This document shows, piece after piece, positions 25,738 through 41,049 of a DNA stretch of 64,000 bases. The notes under the pieces are model-generated. The model had not been told where the DNA came from. It was given only the letters and a program-made list of their open reading frames with translations, and did no database searches. The position numbers were made by a program, and so were the translations under genes. The DNA lies in contig OX597821.1 in NCBI GenBank assembly GCA_951406725.2, positions 53,816,001 through 53,880,000 on the forward strand, written 5' to 3'. How positions within the stretch are numbered: position 1 is the stretch's first letter; the number at the start of each line of letters is the position of its first letter. The DNA comes from Octopus vulgaris. Lineage: Eukaryota.

Positions 25738-28700
25738 GTTCACACTATTGGTGGAGTATTCTCATAAATATGACAAACCAATGTAGGCAAATGTTCCATT
25801 GAACAGAAATCAAACTTCGGAGGAAGAAATATCTATGGGGAACCCATTTTAAACATACAACTCTTAAATCCATGTTACAGGTATATATTTGCACCTATTA
25901 TCAGAAATACGCTGTGCTTGGAATTTCTAAATACAATCGGTTAATGGCACAATTGACATCCCAGAGATTGTTTCTTTGAGGTTCTTGATTGAGCATAAGT
26001 CCACAATTGCACGTGCATGTAACATACACGCAAAGATACACACACACATAAACTGTAACGAAACAAGTTTACACTCGAGTACTAAAGTGAAATATATGTT
26101 ATATGAAAGAAATAACAAAGACAATTAGACCACTTTTCACCATATCAGATATTGCAACTGAAAATGCTATTCTCAAAGTTCGAAAGAAAATCAATACAAT
26201 TCAATCATAGAAGGCATCTCCGATGTCCTCAGAATATAATTGCAATCAATATATTCCTTAGCCATTACATTCTTGCTTCCAGCCTAATTTCATTGAATGG
26301 AAACTCTTTAAACGTGTAAGGCAATGAAGATATAGTATATGTTATAAAAAAATAAACATCTTGTTGACAGATAAATAGAGCCGAAAATGTTTTTAATGAC
26401 GACCTCCGTTAGATGTCTTGAAATTGCCGTGAATTTGAAATGGTTGAAGTAAATATTTTTATTACTACCGTTTGTTCTCTCCATCCCTCAGTCTCAAATC
26501 CATCGCTTAAAAATAAGGAAGAAAATAATGCGGCAACGCGAGACGCCTGTCTTGGTCGGTACAGTTATCAACAATAACTACAACAACATTTATGACTTTT
26601 CAATAGACGACCATAGTCAGGCTTGTATCTTTAATTCCCTTGATCTGTCAAGTCACTAAACTCATGTTCTGATTGTTATTTAATCCTATACATGATGACA
26701 GCTGTACTATCACTAGTGCCATATTTGAACTCTTATCCACACTAGCAGCAGCACCTAACGAATATCTTGCGCAATTACAATGAATATTTTGACACAATAT
26801 TGTTTATTGATCTTTGTCTATATACTTCAGTATATGCATATAGCAGTATTTTGTTTTTACCCATTATATCTTAATCGATTTACTCACCTTGTCATCGTTG
26901 TTTGAAAACAATCTACAATGAACTCTCTTCCTCCATCCCTCTCTCTCTCTCCCTTTCTCATAATATACGTGTGTGTGTGCGTGTGTGTCCTCAAGCTTTT
27001 CCAACTCCTCTCATTCTTGATCATTAGATTTAGGCTTTTCAACTTATGTTTATTCCAGGATAGATAGATTACATCTTATATGTATATTTATATATTTTTA
27101 GCAAATAAGTAAACTGTATTTTCTACTACTTGGTAAAAGCATTATTTCTTATCCTTTATCTTACCTTTCAACAAATATCCTGAAAAACAGATAACTGATA
27201 AAATTTCGGGGATGCACACACTTAACTCGAATTAATATATCAAGTATTATTTGTGAATGGCTACAATTCAACGTAAATACATTAATTATTTTTTTTATTT
27301 TCGTTTTTAGATTGGGTATGATGCACGTCTTGGCCTGGCCATAACCTGGTTAATTTCTTCTGGGAAAAAGTAGGAAATTTAATAGAGTCAGTTTTCGTTC
27401 TGATATCAATGTTTGCAGTAGACCGCCAAAATCTATGTATTAAATTCAAATCCTTAATGTCGACTATATTTTCATTTCAACTAACACGTATTTGGCACAG
27501 CTAACCTAGCTGATAAGATAAGAATCGGCACCATTGGCTGAATTCAAATACGGTCTGAAATTGAGTTGAAGGACGTTGTAGGTAATTGTAGCATATACGT
27601 AGCTTTCAGAACTAAGAAACTCTATGAAGAATTAACACGACCAGTCCATGTAAAAGTTCGAAGTCAAGTATTAGTTGCAGATACCTTAGAAGAACGAGTA
27701 GTTAAACTAAAAATGCTTTCAGCTACAAAACTACGACAATCAATGCCTTTCTTTTTTTATTTATATGTGTAGCAAAAAACAAATAAAAGAAAAGATGTAG
27801 TAAATGTTAAAAGATAAAGGATATGATTGATAAATTTTGTAAGTTGGAGTAAATCCTTTGAGTCAGATGACTCAACCCTGAACATATATATCGTTAATAT
27901 TGCAGGTTGGAAGTGACAAGACAAATCTTGAAGTAATTACTGTAATATATTTTAAATACGATGGAAAGTTGCAGCATATACTAGAGTTAAGACGCATTTA
28001 TATCTATGTCCCAAGATTATATTGCATAAACAGTAATAATGTAGGAAACAAAGTAGACATCAAAAGACAAATTCATACCGGCAATAGCACGGCAATACCT
28101 TAGCACTGCAGAACATGGAACTCAATGACATGGGTTGTTCTTGAGAAGAAATATATACCAAACACCATTTTGAAAGTTTAACAGAGCTATTCTCAAAGAC
28201 GTATTAGAAACATCTGGCTGCACGTGTGTCTGTGTGCGTGTGTATGTATTTGTGCGTGTGTGTGTGTGTGTGTGTGTAAGTATATAATATAGCTACCTTT
28301 GAATTTATTCTTCTTGGTTGAGTTCTTTGCTAAAGCTCTGCACAAGGATATAGTTTCCATACATTTACGAGTTAGTTATTGCTGTAATCAATGATTGTGG
28401 AAGCGCGTATCCGTACGTATATATGTGCGCATCTATGTGCACACATGTTTGCATGAGTGCTTAAATACATACGCAAATACTTCGGAAAAATTCGTGCTTC
28501 TTGATATTATCATCTCTTCCCATATTGAACTTGTTTCAATCATCATTTGAAAATTGAGACACATGTCCCTAGAGGAGGAGATACTTTTAATACATCAAGA
28601 CTATACGATGTATGGTATATGATAGATTCATATCTATTTATGCTGTTCAGCTACTGGCCGCTTTAAGTTAATTTTCTTTGCTCAATTTTGTTTAAATTAT

Positions 28701-29595
28701 CTTATAAATGTGCTCTGCACTTTTTATTATACGACTAAGCCCCATGGCTACATACAAGAGAGAAGACAGAACAGTTGTCAAGTTTAATACACCTACAGAG
28801 GCAGAAACATATGTATTGGACTGCCTTCTTATGGCCAGACAAGATTGTTGGTTTACTTAATGGAGTGTCAAATATGAGGAATTCTTGAGTTTCAGTAAAT
28901 ATCCCCTCCTCAAGTGAATCCGGAACCGTGTGGTTGGTAAGCGAGCTACTTACCACTCAACCACTGCTGCCTGTATATACATATATTTAAATGCAGTTGT
29001 ATGGTAGAAAGCTGGTAGTGAACGCACTTTCACATGTCTCTAAGTTAGATGTACATTGTAGACCAATTTTATTAGAACAGTTAATATTCATATACCGATT
29101 CTGTAGAGTGAGTATGTTCGCTACTTATCCCACTGAAGGGCAATATTCCAAAACACACCAAGTAATAACTAATAATATTAAAGCTAAAATTTAATCATAT
29201 ATTATTCATCGAACAACTATTTTACTCTAGCGAGAGAAAGTCAAATATATAGTTTATATCTTCCTGTAGCATGAGCAGTAACCTACCCCAACCGCACATT
29301 TGTAAAAATGCAGACTCGAGGAGCAATTGAATTACAAAATTTTGCAAATAATCTAGCATGGAAGAATATGATTTATAAGCACTCTAATCAGAATAAATTT
29401 CAAACATAAATTATCTTAGAGTGAATAATCGGTTTAGCACTTTCTTCTTAATGAGAACTCTACAAAGTGATATTGATAATTTTCTCTTTAATTGCAAACG
29501 TAGAAGCCCACACATACATAATATCTACATATCTGATTTCCGAAGTATTTATCAATATACACACACATATATTTATACATACACACACAAACAAT

Positions 29596-29692
29596 TAATA
29601 ACAATAATAATAATAACAATAATAACAATAACAATAATAACAATAATAGCAATAACAATAATAACAATAATAATAATAATAATAACAATAAC

Positions 29693-29754
<62 letters not shown>

Positions 29755-29757
29755 TAA
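29596..29757 (+). repeat. (AAT/AAC)n microsatellite
   Basis: Seen directly. Confidence 0.95.
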
Positions 29758-30129
29758 CCTCGATACGAAACGTTGTAGCAAAAATCGATGCTGGCCATAA
29801 GTTCTATAGAATATATGTAGAAATAACCTTAACAAAATAATGTAAGCGTACTGCTGACGCAATAGAATGTGGTACTGACTTATGAAAACATTTAGTATAC
29901 CTTATAGTATATTGTGTTTGCATAAGGGAGTAGGCGTAACTAAAAATCTTTAATGTTTACATACCGGCCCCAGGAATATGTCTAATATGGAAATTGGTAT
30001 ATCCCGTAACTAACACTCTTGTATGCGGTGTCTGTATAAGCAATGTGTTCAGAGGCAATGGTGGGTTAGATGAGTGCTGAAAAACAGGTAACAACGTCCG
30101 AAACATGACATATACACTCTTCTACTTTC

Positions 30130-30410
30130 AGGGTTTTTTTTCTGTCAATGCCGTGGTTGTGAGGGAAGTTGAACGCCCATCACTTATAAAATGCCACAAT
30201 GGCCTGCGCAATACCTATCCCCAGACAGTGAAGCCCATCTCCTTCGCCAAGCCAACTGGAGAAGAGTGGGAAAAGGTATCTGGTGCCTTCAAATAGCCAG
30301 TTGACCGGGTAGGTTGTACTCGTTAGCCTTGGATGGCAAGCAGACTAGAAGGGACACTCTTAGTTCAAACCTAGAGGAACAAGGCCCCTGCCGCCTTGGC
30401 GGACTACACT
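30130..30410 (+). mobile_element. Possible RTE-type 5' UTR remnant
   Basis: ggatggcaagcagactagaagggacactcttagttcaaacc resembles the ggcaaccagtctaggagaaggaaaactctg..tcaaacc motif I associate with RTE 5' UTRs. Confidence 0.35.
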
Positions 30411-30644
30411 TACAGAGATGGTGTCTCAATAAAAATATCAATTGGTAGTAACCTAATTTCTAAGTAAAAATGCCAAGCAAAATTGATGATGATAACGGTG
30501 TGAAAGGGAGAGAAACCAATGGTGAAGGTACCACACCCGGCAGGTGCCCCACTGTGCAGTAATCCAGCCACTGCTAGCCATGCTACTAAACATAAATGGA
30601 GTAAACAAGTAAACATGATCGTTTTAGAATGTTATTACCGAGGC

Positions 30645-30846
30645 AGTTCACTGAAAGTATAAGCATCTAGCTACCAACATGGCTGAAAAAGATTGGTGCA
30701 AGTAGTCAAAGTAGAACGCCTACAAAAATCAGCATTGCTTGGAACTGCAAGAATTCTTCGCAGGGTTCCTGAAGCATGAGCAGTAAACAAGAGTCAGCTT
30801 AGTCTACTGAGTGTAGACAGCTGACGCTTTCCATCATATCCAGCAA

Positions 30847-30913
<67 letters not shown>
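30645..30913 (+). mobile_element. R4/Dong-clade LINE 3' end with (AAT)n tail
   Basis: LPTWLKKIGA / VKVERLQKSALLGTARILRRVPEA*, the typical R4/Dong C-terminus, then a short 3' UTR and (AAT)n 30847-30913. Confidence 0.8.
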
Positions 30914-30916
<3 letters not shown>

Positions 30917-32044
30917 TGTGTGTATTGGCGTATGTATGTCCATAAATATATATATTTTTCGTTTTTGGATTTGGTTTGCAAGATTCTTTATGCGAGTTCG
31001 TGTATTGAAGCATATTCTCCTGTGTCTGGGGAGAGTCATTCTCTTTTGATACCTTATAATTTAACACTCATTTCTTTTTATTATTCTAAAATTTTCGTTG
31101 CGTCTTGCAATATTCTCAATAGTAGTTGACCTGTCCGTTACTCACACTGCATTCCTTTTTGTTTGTTTGTATGTGTGTGTGGTTCAGTGTGTGGGTGTGT
31201 GGGTGTGTGCTTGTACATGCATGTATGTACGTGTATGCATGTAGTGTGTGTGCATATGTATCTATTTATGTATGTACATTTGTATGTATGTATTCTGCAT
31301 ATTCATGCGTTTGCATGTCCGTGTTTGTGTGTTTTTATGTATGTGCGTGTGTGTGTGTGTTTGTATATGTGTGTACGTACCTCTGTCTCTGTGTGTGCAT
31401 GACTGTGTGTGTGGTCATATGTTTCAGTCTTCATTTGCGTACGTGTGCTTTCTTGTTCATATAACCTATGTAACTATCCGTCTGTATGTTGATTTGTTTA
31501 ATTTCATATCGATATGCTTACATACATGAGCATATACACATATATATATATTCATACACCGACCAAAACACACATACATACATCTGTTTACACACACACA
31601 CATACACACACACACACATATATATATATACATACATCTATCTAGATAACAGCCCACTAACTATTCTACTCTACCTGTGTAAACAACAGTTTACACAAAG
31701 TACATTACGTGTATTTGTAGAGTAATCACTTAGTTTCTAAGTAAATGAGCAGGAAGTTCAGTTTAATATAACAACTGCTGAGTCACCGTCGGAAGACAAA
31801 GCGAATCTATCACACACACACACACACACACACACACATGGAAAGAAATAAGATGAAAAACATAGATTTATTTTACAAGATTAAAGAATTGGGGCGACTT
31901 TTAGCCCCTTAGATAGCATATAGATCTTTGTGGTTGGTAGGGACTGATGTGACAGGTTAATTACCTTCGCTTTCTCCTGTGCACTTAGGCGTGGTTGTGC
32001 AGTAAGAAATTTTGCCTCCCAACCAGTATGTTTGTGCATCTGTG

Positions 32045-32083
<39 letters not shown>

Positions 32084-35000
32084 ACCCAGTATCAGTCAGT
32101 TCGCTTGCTAAAATCCTTTATAAAACACGGCATGTATTCTTGTTTTCAATTCCTATACGCAGAATATATGATATATTCATTTATTCACTCAGCAAGATTC
32201 CACGCTGCCTCACTGTTCAAATGCATTCAGATTTAAAAGCAAAAGTATTAACACACATAAACCACTGATCCAGCATGGAAAAAACATCCCCTGTACTAAT
32301 GGCTGCTGAATATTCGATTTTTGTCTCCGAGAGAGAAAAGATATATTACAGTCTGTATGAGAATTAAAGAAAAGATTTGAATTGGTAAATTCATGTAGAC
32401 CGTCATTGATATTAATGGGGTTCCAACAATTAACTATCAAACTAGTGTATTCCCTCGTAAGGTTTTTGCCATGCATTTGAAGATGGACATGTTGAAAAAT
32501 AAAGAACATTCAGTAAGCAAACAAGTCGAAAGTTTTTTTTTTCTGTATGTTTATTCATATGATACTGAAAACAAGAAAATATTACGTGATAGTTTCACCT
32601 ATATAAGCGAAAGAAAAGAATATTCGACACATCGTAAGAATTAAATGTCTATGTTGTCAACCAACTCTAGAAGTTATTTCTACTCTCCCCTCTAAGAGAT
32701 TATAACACTAGTACTTATTCTATCGAATCTCAATATCTACATCGGTTTGGGTTTAGTTTACATGTTCGCTTATGTATTCAAATTTATTTTACAAACATTA
32801 TGTTAGGAACAGACCGTTAATTTATTTCTATATTTTCACTTGTAACACATTGATTTCTAGCATCAATACATGAGTGCCAGATATATATATAATTGGGGAA
32901 ATATAATTGATTGATATTCATGACGTTCCAACGCACATAACTAATCCAATTTCATTGAAATATCTACGTTTGGAAATCAATATCATCTTGTGGACTTGAG
33001 TCATCAAAAATACAATCATTCAGTAGAATCTAAGAAATATATCGAAAATTGAAATATCTCATTTCACATTTGACATATCAACACAACTTCAATTGTTCTC
33101 ATAATAGAACAGTATAATCTTTTGTCTCAAAATAATCTCTCATTGGAACGGTTTATAGATAAAAATCAATGGCGAATGCATATATAAACTAACAATCAAT
33201 GGTTGGCATTTTAAAGTTTATTGGATTTATTTTTTAAAAATAGCATAATCCGACTTGTCATTAGTAGATATTGAACTTTTAAATGCTGGATTGTTACTTA
33301 ATGCTTTTTACAGAAATCAGCTCTACCTGCTACAATGCAACAAATTTTCAATATCTATTCTGGGCGAAAGGTGAACATTTGTATTTTTGTAGCTGACTGC
33401 TTAAACATAAACTACAAAAATATATATACATTTAAATTATATTGCATCAGGGTTTCAGAATAATAGTATTGTATGATAAACAACATACTTGATTTGTCCA
33501 CCTAAAGGTTAGAAATTTCACTGAATTCGACTGATTTCAGCTGTGAAAGTAGCACTGTTACCTGCTAAAGTTTACAAATGATTTCTTTATTTTCATTCTA
33601 CTGTAAAATGATAATGCTCTTTTATTTATTTTTTTTTATTTCACACAATGAAGTTTACGACTTGAGCAAATTTCTGGGGAGTGGTTTAAAGGATGCGAGT
33701 TCGAGGAGAATTTGCAGCAATATTGATGAAACCACAGAGATAGTATAATGGCGTGATTTATCATTTGAAATGTTAGTGCTTTTAATGAGCTGATAGCACA
33801 GACAATTAAGCGCTCGAGTTACAAGCCTAGTGACTGCGATTTGGAGCTGTTTTCTAAACACTCTAGGGGTAAACTTATTAGACTGCTTTTCCATGGAAGT
33901 GGACGATTCTACGTCGCTCTCGCCGATGTGCATTCAGTTGTTCTGTTAACTGAATTCCTACTTACTGGTTTAATATATAAAATGCAGAGCATTTCATATA
34001 CATTTATACTCTCTTGCTGCTATTTTCTGGCTGCAACAACGATATTCAATGTGATATTGAAAGTAGTAGTTGAGATGAATACAGTCTCAATACTGGGCGG
34101 TTAATTCTTTTATCAAACTAAAAATAACGAGAGAGTTGGGACTTGAACGCTGGATCGAATAGTTTACCGTCTAAGTAGTATGCTTATCATGAAATGACTA
34201 AATCAGCAATTTTCATCTATTTTTGAACCAAGGCCACTGAATAAAGTATATACTGATTAAGGCACTAAATATCTGTGATAAAATGCTGCCAGCTTTTAAT
34301 TATTCTTTGCTTTCAAAATGAGTTTCAAAAATAATTTAAAGTAATCGGTTGCACATATTGCATTTTACACAAAGATGGGTGCACAAATGCATTTTGCCAT
34401 AGAGATGAGCGCGCACGTTGCTCCTTGCCACAAAGATGTGTGCACATATTACAGTTTTAAATCAGGCTGGCACATACATTGCAATCTTCACACAATGCAC
34501 AACTGCGGATCAGCTCAATTTAAAGGATTACTCTGCTTAAAGATATTTTTCTATGACCATTCTATCTCTTTATAGAACTCGTCTCAGATAATCCTTCCAT
34601 TTTTCTGAAGGGCAGAGTGTAATTTGCGAGATACTTGGCAGCTATTGCTAAATGATGGAGCAACCATATAAAATTCCTGTGTGAAGAAGATTGCCGTTAA
34701 CTACATATCCATGGAGAATATTTGGCTACAAGTAGAAGTCAAACGATTGTTGATTTCAACAACTAAAATTATTAATCAAATTAATCTAATAAATTTAATG
34801 CCTAGATAAATAGTATAAAAGCGTTGGTTTGTGCTTGTAACACCCACCTCTATAATAATTATCACTGAAACAGAATAAACACGTTAATATATATATATAT
34901 ATGGTATATATATATATATACGTATATATATGTATATAAAGTGGTGAAGTACTGACTACTTTAATGAAATATATTGCTACACAGTATTTGTAACTCTCAG

Positions 35001-35404
35001 AGGAGGTTAGTAATGAATGTTTATAGAGTATTTCGTTTTACATTTACAATTCAAACCGTATTAAATAACGTTGCTAGTGAGCGCTGCAGGACCACTTATT
35101 CTTGTTTATCGTTTCTGAAGCTGTTTGAATTGAGTGTTCCGTATGATCTCATCTTTCAACTGAAAGCTGAAAGCTATTCATTCAGCTCCCTCCTCTGTAC
35201 GAATACCATATTTTTAGCTCTAGTAAAAATTGAATACGTTTCCTTTTTACTCTTTTTTGGTTTCAGTCATTGGATTGGGGCTATTCTTGAGCACAGTCTT
35301 GAATTTTGTAGAAACAGTTCTAATGCTTTAAAGTTAAACTAAGTAAAAGGAGCGTAAACAAAGCAACACCTTATTTGCATAGAGGACAACCACAGAACAT
35401 AAAG

Positions 35405-35466
<62 letters not shown>

Positions 35467-35579
35467 GTTCGAATTTTCTATAGATGTGTGTAGAATAATA
35501 TATCAGTTGAATAAAGATACAATATGCTATCGTTTTCACATCTCATAGCCTGGTCGGTCACGGTGATCACGGTAGTATA

Positions 35580-35639
35580 CATACACATATATACATATAC
35601 ATGTACATATATTGATACATATATACATATGTACATATG

Positions 35640-35674
<35 letters not shown>

Positions 35675-35805
35675 ATACCTATGTAAGTCAGTATGTAGAT
35701 ATATGTATGTATATATGCCTATATATATATTACATATATATATGCATATATATATATAGATATATATGTGTTTATTTATGTATATATATACTTATATATG
35801 TATAC

Positions 35806-35836
<31 letters not shown>

Positions 35837-36022
35837 TATATAACCATATATATATATATATATACATATATATATACGTATACATATACATCTATACATA
35901 TATACACATATATACACACACATATATATATACATATGTATAAATATATATGTACATATATATATACATATATATGTTCACATATATACGCATATATATA
36001 CATATATATGTTCACATATATA

Positions 36023-36073
<51 letters not shown>
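35580..36073. repeat. (TA)-rich compound microsatellite
   Basis: Seen directly. Confidence 0.95.
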
Positions 36074-36078
<5 letters not shown>

Positions 36079-36534
36079 CGCAAAAAAAATTTCGTCAATT
36101 GACGTAATGTAATAGCTATGTACTATGAATGCAGAATTTGGTTTACTAAAACTCTGGCGTTTTCTGCAAGTGAAAAACATGGTACTAAAAAAGTCTAACA
36201 TAGATGTGTAGAAGTATTTCGTCATCGAGCAGGTAAATATTACATTAACACAGATAATGAACAAGAAAACATTTCGGCATCATTCTGGAAATTTCAATTG
36301 ATAATGTAAACATAGTGCAGTATAGTGAAAATTAATATTTAAAGCATCTTACACCTGTTTCTAGAACAAAAGCATGTGGATCATATGTTATTGAGTAAAT
36401 AACTCTACGTAAGCTAAGTATTCCAATATCGGAGCGAGAAAAAAAAAAGAAAGCATAGAAACGTAGAATGTTCTCAGTCGAGGGTATTAGTAGTTACCAG
36501 TTTTTCGAAAAAAAACTAGGAATTCTCAAGTGCC

Positions 36535-36630
36535 TCAAAGACACTTGACCAAAATGCCACTCAGTAGAACTGAACTGGGAACTAGGTGGTTGGGAGGCAA
36601 AATTCTTACTGCACAACCACGCCTGCACCC
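36535..36630 (-). mobile_element. SINE family A head fragment
   Basis: Reverse complement ggtgcaggcgtggttgtgcagtaagaattttgcctcccaaccacctagttcccagttcagttc. Confidence 0.6.
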
Positions 36631-37102
36631 GTGTTAATATTCACAGAAAATCGTATAATCATAATCAGTCTAATAAATCCGTGAATATCTGTCCAGCTTT
36701 GAACGTCAACCGTTCTCATTTACACGCTTTTGTTCTCCCTCTGCCAAAATCATTAACACTCTATATTCCAGTTTCATCTAACTTAATCAATCTAATGTCT
36801 GGAGTTCATATGAGAAAATAAGATTTAACATGGAAATGAATAGCATAAACATGAACATTGTGCTTTGTTATCTGTACTTCCCAAATACCTGCTTCGGAGT
36901 TCGATTGCAATATATATAAATATATATATAACCTTGGATAACAATCTTATAACATGCCTTCAGGTCAATCAAAACATTCTGAATGAAATGGAATTTGGTA
37001 CATCGAAATAGTGAGAAGACCTATTGGGTGGATGGGTGGATGGATGATTCGAGAGAATGATATACGCATATGTGTGCGTATGAGCGCATGTGTGCACGAG
37101 TG

Positions 37103-37144
<42 letters not shown>

Positions 37145-38279
37145 ATATAAACCATAGAAACAGACAAATACACTTGCATTCACAACATTAATAACAATAT
37201 GCTATTGAAAATATAGTGACTACATTTTAAAATTGAGAATATTCTAAAGGATGGTTACGGAAAATTTATACGTCGAAAGAATATGGACAATATCCAAAAT
37301 ATATATTTGAAATTTTAAATACAAATGACTTCTTAAAATGATTCCTTCCATTTAGATAATGTTATTCTTGCTTTTAATAGTTTGGTTAAGTTCATTATAA
37401 GGTCATATTCTTGGAGATATTTATGGAAAAAATTTAATAAACAAACATAAGTTGATGTACTTATTCTTTGTTTTTCCTGCTTCTATCTGTCTTAGAATTT
37501 TGTCAAAGACAATGACTCATAATTATAATTTGGGGATACGTGTGAAGCTGAAATATTGAAACTAGCAAAGAGGAAATAAATCAATGCAATTAAATACAGT
37601 AAGTTGATTAAGTACAATCCAATATTTTAATGTGATATATTTCTATTTGACGTCGGTTGGATTTGTAATTAATTTGCTTGTGTTTACAAGGATGGTGGGT
37701 GTGTGCCTGTGAACTGTCAAAATTTCACCTTCTTAACTATGTAATTTCGAGTTCAACTTCCCTGCCCTGTACCTTGAGCGTCCTCTACCAAAGCTTCATG
37801 TTTACCACAATCTGTTTAAGCAAATCACCCACTACAGATTTTAGACTTTAGTCAACAAACAGGTCGGTCAAATCATTAACAATAAAATTAACTAAATTTA
37901 TAAATTCAGAGCTGAAGGGATTGACTGTACCTTTATGTGGGATACGTAAACCGTCACCCAGTTTAACGTGGAGTCTTAAATATTTTCCTGTAGGAATAGG
38001 TAACCTGTCTGACAATAAAGTCACACCTTGATTTCACCAATCCCAGAGGTACAGGAGAATGTCATGGGTACCGTTCTTCTTTTCTGATGTGATCAAACAG
38101 TCTGTACATTGAGCTTTGTAGAATTAAATAGCTTGATACGAGAATGAAGACTGAAAAACAGTAACAGCTTCCTTTCGTTCTATCCTCCTTCTCAACTCTG
38201 TCTAAAAGTTGACATTATCAGTGATAACAGCAAGCAGGAGCAGGTGTAAATATTCCGTTTAATATTTAAAACAAATTTA

Positions 38280-38495
38280 AGGCGGCAATGACAGAATCAT
38301 AAGCATACTGGAAAAAAAGGTTAGCGGCCTTTCATCTGCCTTCAGGTTCTGAGTTCAAATTCCGCCGAGGTGGACTTTGCTTTTCATCCTTTCGTAGCTG
38401 ATAAAGAAAGTACCAGTTAGACACAGGCCGATGTAATCGACTTATCCCCTTCTCACTGAAATTGCTGGCCTTGTGCCAACAGTTGAAACCAACAG
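38280..38495 (+). mobile_element. SINE family B
   Basis: aggcggc..acagaatcataagc..gagttcaaattccgccgaggtggactttgcttttcatcctttcg..gatgtaatcgactt. Confidence 0.8.
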
Positions 38496-38969
38496 TTAAA
38501 GCAAATTAAATTTATGCAGAAGATTTACAGATTTATGTCAGACTACAGATATTTTACTAATGCCATCCAAGTCATCTGCTCGAGATAGTTTTGTTCACCT
38601 GGCTAATCCGCACAACTCCACTAAATTCACTTAACCTGAATGAACCTCTTTGTTACACGCCAATTCACTCATGAACGTCAATTACAACTCGAGAGCACAT
38701 GTCTTTTATTGAAATTTTCATGGCTGCAATCTAGTTGCATCACCGTGGTTCTCAAGCCCAGATGCAGGATGTTTTTATGGGTTACCCTCGTATGGATAAC
38801 TGTTGGGTCACAATGAGCTTATTCGTCCTTCGACAGATTTTGACTTAGATATGCGAAGTGTTCACAACACCTTACTCACCTTGATAAAACTAGGTGAGAG
38901 GGCCGTTATTCATTTCGAAAGCGTACGTGTATGTATATATGTATATATGTGTGTGTATTTGTATGTATA

Positions 38970-39144
38970 TAGTTGGAATTTACAAAAACCAAAAGACGAA
39001 GACAGGTGTGTAAACAAAAAACAGGTGTATTGGTTTAACGCTCGGGAAGGTGAGAAAGTCTTTTACGTATCGAGCCTACTCTCTTCAACAAAAAGGAACA
39101 CGAGAAAATGAACTGAGAGAATAAAGAAGCTTTAGTGGCTAGCG
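38970..39144 (-). mobile_element. ~175-bp element between TA tracts with a degenerate ultra-minimal HHR-like motif
   Basis: Reverse complement of 39060-39096 reads cctttttg TTGAAGA gag tagg ctc GATAC GTA aaag, with two core deviations. Confidence 0.4.
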
Positions 39145-39864
<720 letters not shown>

Positions 39865-39975
39865 CGTTCGGGCTATGAGAAGGGTAGAGGGCTGGAGTGA
39901 CCATCATCTAGTGCGTAGAAAAATAGACTTTTCGATAATGCCTAAAATTTGACAGTCTGGTTCTAAGCTACCCAA
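39865..39975 (+). mobile_element. RTE APE-endonuclease C-terminal fragment
   Basis: [27 protein letters not shown] contains the SDH motif. Confidence 0.65.
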
Positions 39976-39984
39976 CACTGTTTT

Positions 39985-40790
39985 TTTTTTTTTCAAGTTG
40001 ATGGTCAAACCAAAATCATCGCAAGCTGAGTCAAATACAAATACAAGAGAATGTAGACGTGTTTCAGAGTGACTGACAAGATCGCAATCGTTAGCGTACA
40101 AAAGGTCCCTAATGAGTGAAGTAAAAACCTTCGTTTGAATTTCAGTCTGGTCAGATTAAAAATGTTCCCTGTTGTTCGATATTTTATGTAAATAGCCTCC
40201 TCAGAGTTTTGAAATGCATGTGAAAACACAACAGCAAAGTATATTTCAAAGAGGATGGGGTGCATCAAGTTCTCCTTGCTTTACTCCTATTTCACGGCAA
40301 AGGATTCAGAGAGCCTACCACCAACGTTAACTCTAGCTTTCATATCTTGATGCAAAGCCTTGATCATGTTTACAAATTTTGGGGGGCAACCTATTTTCCT
40401 TAGAATTAGCCACAGATCATTTCGATTAACAGTATCGAATGCTATGCTCAAATCAACAAATAATGGTATGGAGCAAGATTCTGTTCAATGTACTTTTCTT
40501 ATAATTATTTGACAGTAAAGCTACAATCAGCTGTGCTACTGGAGGAACGAAAACCACACCGGGACTCAGACACTATATTTGGAACAATATAGGTATTTAA
40601 ACGTTCTAACAAAATGCGGGCAAGTACCTTTCCAACCACAGACAAAAGCGAAACCTCACGAAAATTATCACACCCATTTTTTGGTCCCGATTTATACAAG
40701 GAGACCAAAATGGCATCAATCCAGTCTTGAGGCACTTTCTCAGTTATCCAACAGTGACAAATTAATAATATATTTAAGAGTTCAAGCATT
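39985..40790 (-). mobile_element. RTE-clade LINE reverse transcriptase fragment (pseudogenised)
   Basis: VPQDWIDAILVSLYK..CDNFREVSLLSVVGKVLARILLERL..SESRCGFR; PILFEIYF; YANDCDL (YADD equivalent); ACDDFGLTINLKK. Confidence 0.9.
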
Positions 40791-41049
40791 TTGTCTTCAT
40801 CATCATCATCATCATCGCCCCCAGTTCCCCCACTCTCTTCTTCTTCCTATCCCGCCCTCCTCTCCTCTTTCTACCTCAAGATTTCCCATTTAGCACCTTA
40901 ACAACACTCCACTCTTCCCCACACAACCTCGAACTCAACACTAGATTAGCTAGAATTGATTCATTTTAACACATTCGATATACGCCCCACTCCACCACAC
41001 AGTCTTACAAAATTTCAATTCCTCACCCGAAAAAAACTCCGATCTAATG

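Noticed and set aside
35100-35190. Minus-strand ctgaatga..agct..agct..gaaac HHR-like pattern
   Set aside because: The core has an insertion and stems I and III are not identifiable.
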